A stretch of 64,000 nucleotides of DNA from NCBI RefSeq assembly GCF_963921235.1, contig NC_086097.1, forward strand, positions 84,446,001 to 84,510,000. The letters run 5' to 3'. Below are positions 46,580 through 59,803 of the stretch, in pieces; the first letter of the stretch is position 1; each line of letters opens with the position of its first letter. The notes beneath the pieces are model-generated. The model was not told where the DNA came from, did no database searches, and was given only the letters and a program-made list of their open reading frames with translations. The position numbers and the translations under genes were made by a program. This DNA comes from Mobula hypostoma. Lineage: Eukaryota.

Positions 46580-48530
46580 ACATAGTATGACCTAGGAGCA
46601 AGCTCTTTGGCCCACGATGTGTGCCAAAAATAATTAAAAACCTAACTAATCTCTTCTGCATGCACTATGTTCATCCTCCTCCATTCTCTGCACAGCTATG
46701 TGGCTAACTAAGAGACTCTAGAATGTCTCCATTGTATCTGCCTCCACCATCGCAGTTGGCAGTATATTCCAGACACTCTCCACTCTGTGTAAAAAACAAA
46801 TTGCCCTGCACATCTCCTTTGAATTTACCCCCCTCACCTTAAATGCACATTAGAGTTTTTGACCCTCAGAAAAAGATACCAGCTGTCTTCTCGATCAATG
46901 TCTTTAATCTACTTTTAAACTTCTATCAGGTCTCCCTTAAGCCTTCACCACTTGAGTGAAAACAACACAAGTTTGTCCGCCCTCTCTTTATAACCAACCC
47001 AAGTTTGTATGCCCCCTCGTCCTGCAAACTCTTCCGCATCACCAAAACCTCACTTCCTTTTAAAGGGGTGAACAAAATTGAAAGCAATATTCAGATGTAA
47101 CCTAACCAGAGTTTTATAACATTGCAACTTAACTTTCTGACTCTTGAACTCAATGCCTGTATAAATAAAAGGCAAGCATGCCACATGTCATCTTTACCTC
47201 CCTATCCACATTTGATCTCCCAAGGTGCACATGACTGTGTGGCTAGGCATGGCTCAAATACCATTTACAAACTTGCTGGTGATACAACCATTGTTGGTAG
47301 AATCTCAGGTGGTGACGAGAGGGCGTACAGGAGTGAGATATGTTGACTAGTGGAATGGTGCTGCAGCAACGACCTGGCACTCAACGTCAGTAAGATGAAA
47401 GAGCTGATTGTGGACTTCAGGAAGGGTAAGACGAAGGAGCACATACTAATTCTCATAGAGAGTACAGAAGTGGAGAGAGTGAGCAGCTTCAAGTTCCTCG
47501 GTGTCAAGATCTTTGAGGATCTAACCTGGTCCCAACATATCAATGTAGTCATAAAGAAGGCAAGACAGCGGCTATACGTCATTAGGAGTTTGAAGAGGTT
47601 TGGCATGTCAACAAATGCACTCAAAAACTTCTATAGTTGTACCATGGAGAGCATTCTGACAGGCTGCATCACTGTCTGGTATGGAGGGGCTACTGAACAG
47701 GACTGAAAGAAGCTGCAGAAGGTTGTAAATCTAGTCACCTCCATCTTGGGCACTAGCCTACAAAGTACCCAGGACATCTTTAGGGAGCCGTGTCTCTGAA
47801 AGGCAGCGTCCATTATTAAGGACCTCCAGCACCCAGGACATGCCCTTTTCTCACTGTTACCATCAGGTAGGAGGTACAGAAGCCTAAAGACACACACTCA
47901 GTGATACAGGAACAGCTTCTTCCCCTCTGCCATCCGATTCGTAAATGGACATTGAATCTTTGGACACTATCTCACATTTTTTAATATACAGTATTTCTGT
48001 TTTTGCACATTCTTTTAATCTATCAATATACATAATTGATTTACTCGTTTATTTATTATTATGTTTTATTTAATTTTTTTTTTCCACTCTCCGTTAGATT
48101 ATGTATTGCATTGAACTGCTGCTACTAAGGTAACAAATTTCATGTCACATACCGGTGATAATAAAACTGTTTCTTATTCTGATCTCACACTTGGCTAGTT
48201 TAAACTCTATCTACCATTTCTCCATGCGTATCGGCGACTGATCTCTATGTCTTCTGCACTCCACAAAGCCACCAATCTTTGTATTGTCTGCAAACTTATT
48301 AACCCACCTATCCACATTTTCATTTATTTATATTTTTATATAAATCACGGATGTCCCAGTTTGGATCCCTTTACTCACTAGTCAGTGAGAATAAACTCCA
48401 TCAACCACTACCCCCGTCTTCTATGGACAAGCCAATTCTGAATCCAAATGGCCAGTTCACCATGGGTCACGTGCGTGTCAATTTTCTGGATGAGCCTACT
48501 TTTCTGGATGGGCCTTGCTTTGTAAAATAC
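46580..48530 (-). mobile_element. Old CR1 split by Rex1; pieces 46580-47215 and 48184-48530
   Basis: CR1 3' UTR at 46580; the FADD region (gtctgcaaactt) resumes after the Rex1. Confidence 0.7.
47228..48183 (+). mobile_element. Young Rex1/Babar 3' fragment
   Basis: HDCVARH..YKLAGDTTIVG, LNVSKMKELIVDFRK..FKFLGV..FYSCTMESILTGCITVWYG; tail ggtgataataaa..ttctgat. Confidence 0.93.
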
Positions 48531-48699
48531 CTCCAAAGGCCCACTTTTTAAAATAATTATTTCTTATGCAGAAAATGTTTGTGTTGGCAATGTGCTTTGT
48601 AATGGTAATTTGAATCTGGTTTTAAGAATGTAGCTTTTAAAATGTGAGTATTGTGCATAGAAGATGAACTGATCGCAGTTGCTTGCAAAAGGATTGCAG

Positions 48700-48830
48700 A
48701 ACTCACTGGCCAGCAAAGATACAGCACAGATTAGGCAATTCCAGCCCTTTGAGTCATGCCACATTAGCGTAATCATGGGACAAATTTACAATGACTAATT
48801 AACCTACTAATCAGTAACATCTTTATTCTG
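48700..48830 (-). mobile_element. V-SINE 3' fragment
   Basis: gatacagcac..gggacaaatttacaatgactaattaaccta. Confidence 0.6.
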
Positions 48831-51033
48831 TAAGTGGGTAGCACAGAGGGGAGGAACCTACCTGGACAGAGTAGTAAAAATGCAGGCAGCAATTGGTGAC
48901 AGTAAATGTGTAGGAATTATTATTGTTGCCATCGATTTAGTTGCAGTTTAATATAGAAAGCAAAAGTTGTTACAGTTACCCAATTAAAAAAGAAATACCA
49001 ATAGTAATTTAGTTTTGCTAAATTAGGAAAATACATGAAACAACCCAAACTGAACCAAAAAGTAAAAGGAAAATTCAAGCAATTTAGTACAACGCAAATC
49101 CTGGAGAATTTGTTTTAAAAAGTTTCCTCACACCCTACACACGAGTAATTCAAACATTTCTATTACTCAAAAAAAAAGAACATGGGTTTCAAAGAATCAC
49201 ATTCTACGGTTAAAAAATACTCTTCTTGGATTTTCTTAAACACACGTGCAGTTAAATGGATTTATCTATGAACTCTCACTCATGTCCAAGATCTCAGATT
49301 TAAGGCCATGAAAGTTTTAATCATTCTTCTGGAAATGATGGTGACTAAATACCTCAACTGAGGATGCTACATTCTCGCACTTAATATTGGTGTGAAATAG
49401 CTGAACACTGCATTGCGGTTCAAAGAGCTTATTGACCACTAATCTGGAACACTTTAGCTACACTGGCATTCGAATCTTTAAAGTTTGCCATTCATATGTT
49501 TCCAATTTTGCATATGCTCACTAAAAGCTTAAAATAGTACCAACAGTTCCACAGGTGATTCTGCAACAGCTGATAGAATGGAGAGGTGAAATCCAATTAT
49601 GTCAAGTATGCACTGAGGCAATTTAGCACAATTGCAAGATTGTTAATAATGCTGAAAATAATCCGTGAAATAGGAGAACAGGAAATCTTAATTTTTCCGT
49701 CAAACAGGGACTGCAAGGCATGATGTGAAGGGTCAACTAGTCCAGTAATGAATTTGCAAGACAGCTCGTGCAGCTTGCAGATTCAATGCTGTCTAATACA
49801 GAAGTTCCTCTTTCTCCACTCACAACTCTTCCAATGATGGCGTTTAGCTCCTTTTATCCCCAGTGCCAATGTTATAAATGTCACAGTTAGTCACTTCAGC
49901 AAGCGTGTGGGAAGTGGATTGGTAATGAGTTAACACTGCACTGTGACCAACTGCTGGGACACTGGGTTACAGCTGTAAGATATCAGGCCTCCAGCAGGAA
50001 CATGTGGCATCGTTCAAAGACCACGAGGTTCACAGAGGATTTGCAACAGCCCTTTGTAAAATTGCACAGCACTGCTAGGGTGATGATGCTGTACAGGTGA
50101 TGTTCCAGTTATAGTCCAGCATGCCCAGACTGCCAGACTGCTGCTAATCGGAGTGCGACATAAACCAGGACAAACAAATGTAGTATCTCCATCAGCTGAG
50201 CTCATTCTAGCTTTTGAATCAGAACATTATGGGTTATGCTGGTGGCACAGTGGTTAAATTACCAGACTGGTAATCTAGTTGCTCAAAGTAATGATCCAGA
50301 GATCCAAGTTCAAATCCCACCATAGTAGCTGTGAGTTTTAAATGTAATTGTTAATCTAAAATACAGGAGGAAAACTATTAATAATGACCACAAAAACAAG
50401 CTGATTCTTTAAAAAAATTAATCTGGTCCACTGTGGTCCTTCTGGGGAGGAAATGTGCTGGTATTATCCAGTCCAATCCTCACCACTCTATATGACTCAC
50501 TCTTAACTTCCCTTAAGCAACCTTGTAAGTTACTCAGTTGTACCGTTATTGCTGTGTCCAAACACAGAAGAAATGAAAGCAAACAGAATAATTGGCATTA
50601 ACCAAGAACTGAATTCAGACACGGCAAAGTACTTCTTCCAAACAACTGGGACTGGTGCCTAAAATGAGCTGGCTGTCCCTGAGACGAGTCTATAAACAGC
50701 CCAACAGAGTTGTGCACAGAATTATGCTTTAGAGTCAATTGCCAGTTCCCTCAGTCACAGTGCTTAGATACGCCATGCCCCATGTGTAAGAAGGACCCAC
50801 TGAACGTGATGGCACAGTGATGAAGGGGTGGGAGGGAGTAGTTGTTAATGTTGACTCTGGACCACATGAAGTTTCAAGGCTTCAGGTCAGCATGCTCACA
50901 CAAACCATGTCAATGTGGTCACAGGCATTAGGTCTGCACGGCCAAAGAAATCTCCCCCTAATTACCCTCACATCCTCTCCCTCAGCTGGTGAAGCAGTGC
51001 TCTTCCGTACTGAACAGCACGTAGAAGAACGCT

Positions 51034-51335
51034 GGTGCTACGGGTGCGTAACCGCTAGTGAGACTCTTTTATAACTTGGGGCAACTGGAATTCGGAGTGC
51101 ACTTCCGGAGTTCTTTGTAAGAAAGTTGTACGTCCTTCCCATGAGTGTGTGGGTTTCCCGCAGGGCACCGGTTTCCTCCCACAGTCCAAAGACGTACCGG
51201 TTAGTAGGTTAGCTGTCATTGTAAATTGGATTGTGATGAAGCTAGGATTAAATTGGTGGGTCGCTGGGTGATGTAGGTCATTGGTCCAAAAGGGCCTGTT
51301 CTTTGTTGTATCGCTAAATAAATATAAAAATAAAC
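51034..51335 (+). mobile_element. V-SINE
   Basis: gggtttcccgcagggcaccggtttcctcccacagtccaaagac; tail (taaa)n. Splits the LINE above. Confidence 0.85.
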
Positions 51336-51744
51336 AAGTTAACAAGGGCATTGATTATAATCTCATTTGAGGCTTCAACATCCATCATCATGAACCCGTA
51401 CCAGTATTGACCAACTTGGCTAAGTTCTGAGGGAGATAACTTCCAGACTGGGCCGTGGCAGATAATGTGCAAACCCGCACAAGGGATAATCTGACACAAT
51501 CTCATCCTCACCAGTCTCCCTGGGTCAGTGGCATCTGTCTGTTGTAACACTGAGCAAATGACCACTGCACAAAGTTCTGTCTTTAGATTGAGGACATCCT
51601 CCATTGCCTTGCTTGTTGTTACAAATTGGTCTAGATGGGATGGTCCGAGATCATCGTCCTGGAGTTATATACTTGTTGTTTTTCACAGCTGCACGATGTT
51701 CAGTTCCTTTCATGACACCTCAACAACTGATGTTGTTTCTTCAG

Positions 51745-52015
51745 TTATTTCGCTCTACAGCGCGGAGAAGACCCTTCTACCCCGTTGAGCCATGCCACCC
51801 CGGAACCCCGCAACCCAGCAACCCAGTAACCTAATCACGGGACAATTTACAATGACCAATTAACCTACCCAGTATGTCTTTTGGCCATGGGAGGAAAACC
51901 CACACCTTCCCTGGGGAGGACGTACAGAGGCTCCTTGCAGAGTGGCACCAGAATTAAACTCTGACTCTGGAACAGCACGAGCTTTCATAGCATGGCGCTA
52001 CGCGACCGTGATGCC
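51745..52015 (-). mobile_element. V-SINE
   Basis: ggacaatttacaatgaccaattaaccta..gggaggaaaaccc. Confidence 0.75.
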
Positions 52016-52449
52016 CTTGAGATCAGGTATCCTGCGGCAAATGGCTCATCTCCATACACCACATCTAAAATGCAGAAGTCAGGAGTGCGAATGAATACTC
52101 ACCGTCTGTCTGGATTGATGTGACTCCAACACGTCTCAAGAAGCTTAACACCAGCCAGGGGGAAGCAGCCCACTTGATTGGCACCTCGTCAACCACTGTA
52201 AACGTTGTTTCCTCCACAGCGACTGCAGTGCATACCACCTTCAAAATGCACTGCAGTTACTCACCCCAGCCTCCCAGGCACCACTTCCCAAACTTACTGC
52301 CTCTACCACCAAGACGAACAAGTGCACCAGGTACATGGGAAAACCTTAGGTTGCCTTCCAGCTCACGCATTATCCTGATTTGCAAATGAATAGCTGGTCC
52401 TGCATAGACACACTGTCTAAACCCAGGAGCTCCCGGCCAGCACTGAATC

Positions 52450-52630
52450 CCAGACCCCAAATCAGAACCAGAAACAGGTTTAATATGGAGGCATTTTTGA
52501 GGCATCACTCCTTGAAGATGTCCTGGATGCTGTGGAGGCCAGTGCCCATGATGGAGCTGACTAAGTTTACAACTCTCTGCAGGTTATTTTGATCCCGTGC
52601 CCCCCAGCCTCATATCAGACGGTGAAACAG
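52450..52630 (-). mobile_element. Rex1 3' fragment with internal deletion
   Basis: Tail aatcagaaccagaaacaggtttaat joined directly to tccttgaagatgtcc..gtttacaactctctgc. Confidence 0.7.
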
Positions 52631-52744
52631 AACAAATGGCTCAGCCTTCGGAGCTTCAGGCAAGAAGTCCAGGCTGACGTATTGGTACAGTGCTAAGGGA
52701 GCCTGCACTGCTGGAGTCACAGTGTTGCGGGTCAGGTGACCATT

Positions 52745-53005
52745 GTACTTATTTATTTTATTGTATTTGGAGACACAGCACGGTTACAGGCCCTCCAGCC
52801 CAGCAAGCCCGCACCACCCATTTACACCCATGTTGACCGATTAGCTGAGAAACGCCTCCGTCTTTAGAATGTGTGAGGAGACTGGAGCAGCCAGTGGAAA
52901 GCCACGGGGCCATGGGGAGAGTGTACCAAGTTGGTACAGACAGCGGTGGAGATCAAACCCCACTTGCTGGTGTTGTGAGAGCATTACGCGAACCACTACG
53001 CTACC
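52745..53005 (-). mobile_element. V-SINE
   Basis: (ttta)n tail, gtctttagaatgtgtgagg, and head end aaccactacgctacc. Confidence 0.75.
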
Positions 53006-55079
53006 AGGCCAAGACACCAAGCCTCTATTAGCATTCAGAATCTCACACAGTTAACTCAGGCATGTACTCTTTCCAATGTTCCAACAACAGTTTTCATCAA
53101 ACATCAGCAGATGAGAAGCAGAGTATTTGGTGAACATCTCATCGGCATTTGTCGGAGTTCATAGGGTGCGTTTTTCACATTGCATCAGTAACCTTCTTTT
53201 AACATCGGGTTGTTTGTGTTTTGTTGCGTCCCAGTGTTGTGAAAGGCAGTACAATAAATAAACTTTTCTCTGGCGTCACAAGTACAAGCCAACGCACCTC
53301 ACTATATTTACTGAAGCTGTTTGTCACATGCGAGACATTCTGCTCGCAGTCCATTTATAGAAACTGCCAGCTCCATCACTCTCCTTACGGTCCTGCCCAA
53401 TGGCCAGGTCCTCACGTAATTCAGGGCCCGCACGGAAACCAGTGACTTGTTGCACTGCGGGGGAATATGTTTGTATTATGAGACCAATAAATATTGAGCA
53501 ATGCAAGGAAAATGAGAATCCCTGATGATTTCCTTGCAGAGGAGACAGAGAATTAGATGTTTAACTTTCATTCAGAAGTGTAAGAAATGTAGAAATGCAT
53601 TGCATATTGTCAAGCAGTATTAAGCATTGCACCCACCTATTTCTGTCTAATGCAAACTTCAGTTAAGTAACTGGTGAATTAAGGTTGGATACTTCAAACT
53701 ACTCTACTCCCCGCCCTCCCCTCTCCCCTCCGCTCTCTCCCCTGCACTCTCTCTCTTTCACACACACACACTTACCGGTGACCGGTTTATTTCTGTTCCT
53801 TGGAAAATCAGTTCAATTTCTCATGTCGGTTAGTATTACAACTTAACAACAGAAGGTGGAAAATAAAATAAACCGAGCCCCTTTTCTAATGCTTACATGA
53901 TGTTTCTCCTGTGTTTGCCTGCTTCTGGAGATTAGCCTTCAGTTCCCTGAAATTCTGAGCCTATCAAAGGTCATTTAATGTTCCTTTTTAACACATCCTT
54001 ATAGATCTTGACAATTAATGTTGTTGTTGATATTCCTCTCCATGCCTTGTGACACATCAGGTGGCAACCTTGTCTTTTGTTCAGGATTTGTCTGTATTTT
54101 ATACACATTGCCTGCTCGACGCTCATGGCAAGCATGTAAGGAGCCAGCCTGATTCGCACCTGGGACCATTTGCCTCAAAGTCCACTTGCTGATGCCACTA
54201 CACCACCAGACGGCTACACTTAATGTAATTTTATCAAAAATACTTACTTTTGGTTGGTAAGTAAAGTGAGTCATTTAATTCTTTTGCCCAATGATAAGAT
54301 CGTTTAAGAAAGTATCTATTTCAACAGATAAAAACCAGAAGACATAAATTATTACCATGGTTTTAAACATGTTTGTTTACAATGTTTGTTGATTTAAACA
54401 TAAAGAACTTCCCAGCCTATGTTGAAAATGGATTGGCTACAGAATGCAGATTATTCGTTCACGGACCGTCTGAAAAGAATACCTTGCCCAAGAAAATAAA
54501 ATGTTGACATTTGATGCACTAAACCGTTTTTTTAGGAAACACGTCTTTGTACTGAAAGCCCTGCAGTGTCCACAGGTAATTAAGGCAGAGATCACTAGTT
54601 TGAAGTGACATAATATTGAATGACCCTTAAAGCACATGATCACATCTCAAACATCTAATGAAAGTATTATGCACTTACAAACAACACACATCGTAAAACA
54701 TAGAAAACAATGAAAAGAAGATGTGCTTGGTAATTCTGTCAAGTGCTTGATAGACCAATGAATAATTTTATTTGGGGATTACCCCTGCAAAATCCTATTC
54801 CAAAGAGGGGCCAAGCCATTATGGGCACAAGAAGAACTGGCTTTACACTACCAGTACAATCAAAAGCCTTTCCAGTCTGCATTCGGCAATGGCCTGGTTC
54901 AGCTCAGATAGGTCTTGCAAGCTTCTGTGCGTCAGGCAGGATAATTGAGAACTTTGTATAACATTTGGCAAGTCTAGGGTCATGTTTTGCAGATAAAAGT
55001 CCAAACAATTGCTGCACCAATATTTATATAAGCTGACAGTTCAGTATGCGTTAGTATTCAAAATGATTCTGGAATCCCT

Positions 55080-55780
55080 GAACATAAATCATGGATAATT
55101 AATATGTTCTTGTAGCAAGCAAACAGAAAGGCAAATTTTGCCTTTATGACAAAGGAGTTGGAGTACAACAAAGAGGGATTCTTCTCGAAACTAGTAAAGG
55201 ATGGAAGTCCAAAGTGATTCAAAGAACCATCTGCATAGGACAATTACAGCTTCAGAAAGTAACTTTGTACATTGTACCTGGAGGAGTGTTGTTGAAGGGG
55301 ATATCAGTTATGATAAAACTATACAAAACTTTATCTTAGAACACACATGGAGTACTGTTAGCGATTTTGTCTAGAAAATATCATAAGCAAGATATATAAT
55401 TAAAATGATACCTGAACTCAAAAGGTTAAATTATGAAAGGCAATTATTCCAACTTAGGTTGTATTTCCTTGAATTTGGAAGGGATAACTTCTTTGAGGTT
55501 TTCAAGAGATTAGAAGAGCTGATAGGCTAGACACTGAGAATGACCTCTCACTGGTTAGAAAGTCAGGACTTGGAGGTAAACTCTCAGGTTGGAATCAGCA
55601 CCTGGGGAGTGGTTCAAATAAAGGCAGTCAAAAGATGGGTCATTTTCAGAAATTGGAAATAAAGCTTGGTCAGTTAAATTTGAGACTGACTGACTTTTGT
55701 TAACCAAGTGTATTAAGAGATGTGGAAAAGTCATGGATGTGTGGAGCAGGATCCTAGAACAACACAGACACATCTTGCAA
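55080..55780 (+). mobile_element. Highly decayed CR1 3' part
   Basis: gaaaggcaaattttgcctttat..ggagttggagtac and acatggagtactg (HLEYC-like). Confidence 0.55.
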
Positions 55781-55791
55781 GACACTTAAAT

Positions 55792-55884
55792 AACACACAC
55801 AAAATGCTGGAGGAACTCAGCAGGCCAGGCAGCATCTATAGAAAAGAGTAAACAGTTGATGTTTCAGGCCGAAACCCTTCATCA
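55792..55884 (-). mobile_element. Penelope-like terminal remnant with hammerhead core
   Basis: Reverse complement reads CTGATGA agg gtttcgg cct GAAAC ATC aactg. Confidence 0.8.
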
Positions 55885-55885
55885 G

Positions 55886-56130
55886 TCCATAAGACTCAGG
55901 AGCAGAATTAGGTCACTTGGCTCTCTTTGAACCTGCTCTGCCATTCCACCATGTTTGGTTTATTCCACCTCTCAACACCATTCTCCTGCCTTCTCCCTGT
56001 AACGTTTGACATCCTGACTAATCACGAACATATAAACCTCCACTTCCAATATCTCCACAGCCATCTGTGGCAATGTATTCCACAGATCCACCACCCTTTG
56101 GCTAAAGAAATTTCTCTTAATCTTTGTAGA
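55886..56130 (-). mobile_element. CR1 3' fragment
   Basis: Tail ccataagactcaggagcag; RNFFSQRVVDLWNTLP. Confidence 0.85.
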
Positions 56131-58637
56131 AAATTGACCTTGTTTGTCTCTTGTACACAGATATCGCATTGCATACACCAGTTCCCTGTTTTTGGAGGGA
56201 ATGTTCCAGAAGTGGTTTCCCACATTAAAGCAACTAACTTTTACATCTACAGAATTCCTAGCAAAGATCCTCAGAGATGCTTGGCATTAATTTTCTGAAA
56301 GAGCAGCTGAAACCTTGAAGTGAGATCAGAGCAATATAACTGAGAAATTTTCCAGTCTGTTTCAATTAAAAGTTAATTAACCTTCATACGAATAACTTAC
56401 AATTTGGCATACATTGTCTGATGTTGTTATCAATGTAGAGAATTTAGGCTCTTTCATTTTCCTTTCAAAAGTTGTATATCAGAGTGTCACAATTTGATAG
56501 TAAAGAATATTTATTGTCTCATGTACAAAGTGTCACCTGTACTTCAGTTAACTCCTGTTTCAGAATCAAAATTTAATTGGGTCACACCGAAGGCACGAAC
56601 ACCAAATTTAGGCCAGAATATAAACACAGAATGAAAAAGAGCACTGCTCTACTGGAGATGAATCCCTTGGATGAGATTTTAAATGGTTCCCCCAGAGGAA
56701 CCTAAAAGAAGAAATGGCATTCATTTGAAGAGTGGCAGGAGAAGGACAATATACCCTTGACCAATGTCATTATTGCAGTCATTACTTGATTGCCATACAC
56801 ACATTGTTTCCTAGAATTACCATAGTAATCTCTTACAATTGGTCCTTCAGTTTGTCACTGTGAATGAACCAATAGAAATACCAGCCTTACGTCAGAATTG
56901 GCAATCGGTCCAGCTTTTGTCCTTTCACCCCTAATCAAGACCTATTGCATCTTCGGAAGCCATGTTTTCCTCACTCACCCCTTGAGAGTTCAGTAACACT
57001 GGGATAAGTCATATTGGAAAACAAAATTGTGAAGTGATCCTAGAAATGGCTCTCACTTGACCTAATTTGGGTGAAAGTGGTTTCAGCTCCAGTTTTGGAA
57101 GATTCACCAGAAGAATAACCAGGACCAGCTGCGAGGAATTTTCCAGCCAGTGGTTTAATCCACATGGCCAGTTCACACTGTTCTGAACATATCGTCTCTT
57201 GTAATGGAATCAAGCTGTTGGACCTACACATTCTATCAATATACGCAATCTGATGTATAAAGAAAATAAAATATTACACTTACCAGTAAATTGAAGCCTG
57301 CAGCTCATACAACAAAACACATTGGCAGCTTTAGCACAACAGCTTCTGACAGAAAACATATTAGTTCCTTTCAACTCATTCAATATTTTACATTATTTAT
57401 TCAATTCATTACTAGGTCATCTGAATCACACCATACTCCCAAGAATAGCCGAAGATAATATACATCTGTTCTTTGAACTGGGCCAAAGCAAATGCAATAA
57501 CAATGGGGCACATCCTGATTAAATATAGGCAGCAATCTTTTATTCCTTGGAAATACATAGTGCTGCAAACAGATTAGGGGAAGATTCATTTGCCAAGCTT
57601 CTCATTTTGATGTGAAAAATGGCACGTAGTTTGGAAAATGACGTTCTATACATCATTATCAGAAAGGGTGCTGTAGACAGTGGCTATTTTCCCCAGCAGA
57701 GGAAAGGTGGAGCCATATTGAGTTGTTTTATGTGATTACGTAGTTTATTGAGGTAGATTAAACCATCCCACTTTTCAAATTAAGGATCAAGGTACTCATT
57801 ATATAATAAACAGGGAATTCGAAGGAACCTCCCAGTCCCAGGAAGTGGTTGGAATTTGAAATGTGCTACAAAGTAGGGTTATTGAAAGGATTAGCGTGGA
57901 TTCATGAAGAAGTATCTATATAAGAAGACAATAGAGAAATGAACAGATCATAATGTTAGGGTACGCAGTGTTAGAGGAAGCTCATGTGGTGCTAGGACCA
58001 AATGGTCTGTTTCTACAATGTTAACAGCAACAGACCAGAATGCTTTAACACCACAGTAACTCTCATCACCAGACCAAACATTGCTTCCCAGTAGGTGGCT
58101 TCTCTGGCAATTACTGGCCATTAGCTTTTCAACTCTCTGGTCACACCAGGCTCTCATGTGCGCCTATGTTGAAATGAAGGCATTTGCTCTGATGCGGAGG
58201 TTCGATGCAGGAGAATCTGGTTCTTCCTTCACTTCACTGAACCCAGTGACAAATAGGGGTCTGATACTCTACATATCCAGTGAGACAGAAATGCTCTTGA
58301 GTTATTTTACTTCACAATATTAATAAAATGATATCTTTCTAATGAAGTCTTGTTTATTTTTTCCACTTCTTTTTCACATTTTCTTATGACACTGGAGAAA
58401 GCCATTCTATGTTTGCAATGGGTTTTTTGGACTTGTGCGGGTGCCAGAGAGCTTTGGGCTCTGAAGATTTTAGAGTACCTGAATAGGTTTATTGTTGTTT
58501 AGCGACAGTTGTTAACTGTTGAGAGTTGCTTGTGTGTTTTTCTCAAGTGACTTTCTCTTTGTAATGCAGTCTCCAGTTTAAGATTGTGAAGTTTATTTTG
58601 ATAGGCTCAGGGATTCTGTGTTACTTCTATTACTCCC

Positions 58638-59325
58638 GAGAGAGGGGAGAAGATGGTGACGCGACGTAGGCGCGTGCAGCCACTTCGGTGATGAATATCT
58701 GTTATCTGTCAAGTACGGGACTGTGCACAATTCTGATTTGATGGAGACGGACGTGAGAGCACAGCAAAACATCTGGAAAACTTCTGAAATGCCCGCTTCG
58801 CTGCCGCTGCTACTGTGTGGTAACCGGAATCTCCGGAGTGGAAGGCCCCAAAATCCTCGGCTTTGCATGTTTCAGCAGCTGGGGAGAGGTCGAAGGCGCT
58901 CGGCAGAGGATGGCGCTCAGGAGGCTGTGTCGGAGAGGCTGGTCGGAAGCTCAGAGTTTTCAGACGGATGGACTCAGTGTCGGCTGGGGTCGGCTGCTTC
59001 CAAGGCATTGGCAGGTTGACGGCGCCTGGAGGTTTATGGCAGGGAGTTTCTCCCTTTTGCCGCTGCTATCGGGGACGCGGGAGTCGATCGACTTGGGGAC
59101 TTTGAGACTTTTTTTTACTGTGCCCATGGTCTGTTCTTTATCAAATTCTGGTATTGCTTTGTACTGCTGTAACTATATGTTATAATTATGTGGTTCTGTC
59201 AGTGTTAGTCTTTGGTCTGTCTTGTTTTCTGTGATATCACTCTGGAGAAACATTGTATCATTTCTTAATGCATGTATGCATTTCTAAATGACAATACAAG
59301 AGGACTGAGTGTTCTCATAATCTAA
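58638..59325 (+). mobile_element. Young CpG-rich non-autonomous retroposon
   Basis: Starts aagatggtgacgcg (58650). CpG-rich 5' body, T-rich 3' part, ends aaatgacaatacaagagg..ataatctaat. Sharp compositional boundaries with AT-rich flanks. Confidence 0.6.
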
Positions 59326-59544
59326 TTATTTAAGTGGATGCCTGATTAGCACTAAGTGCAGGGTCCTTGTTTTGAGAATGATTCGTCTTGCAATGTCGTT
59401 TGGTCAACTGATGCTCCGTTGAAATTCCTAGGAATAAATAATTTCTTGTTTTGGTCTCTACGTGGGATTCTGTCATTCTTCCGTACCTGGGTTCAGTCGT
59501 TGCCAGTGCACATCGTCCCATTAAGATCATTCTTCCACTTATTT

Positions 59545-59803
59545 CTCTGTAACCTGTCCTCCCACATCCCCATTGACTCCCCTGGTACACCTGTTGATTT
59601 CCCTCAGTACCCCCCCTATAGCAGGAGGCAATTTACAGTGTCCATTTAACTACCAGCCCACCTTTGGGATGTGTGAGGAAAGTGGAGGACCCAGGAAAAG
59701 CCCACATAGTTACAAATAAAAAAATACGTTCTGCTCAGAGCACCGAGGTCTGGATAGAACCCAGGTCGCTGCACATACACCAGCTACTGTGTTCTTGTGC
59801 CAT
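59545..59803 (-). mobile_element. V-SINE
   Basis: ggcaatttacagtg..ctttgggatgtgtgaggaaag..gatagaacccaggtcgctg. Confidence 0.7.

Larger units (their letters stand above)
50241..52400 (+). mobile_element. Old CR1/L2-group LINE with tRNA-like 5' head, internally deleted
   Basis: A-box 50243-50253 and B-box ~50308-50317. Then DSGPHEVS..LIT..PSAGEAVL..EQHVEE, GFNIHH (APE GDFN motif, ~51371) and VRS..EYSP..W..PTRLKKLNT.Q..AAHLIG. Confidence 0.7.

Noticed and set aside
57284..57345. Possible 62-nt minus-strand exon, plus isolated GTAAGT donors near 42620, 53775 and 54243
   Set aside because: Expected by chance at this window size, with no recognisable protein product.
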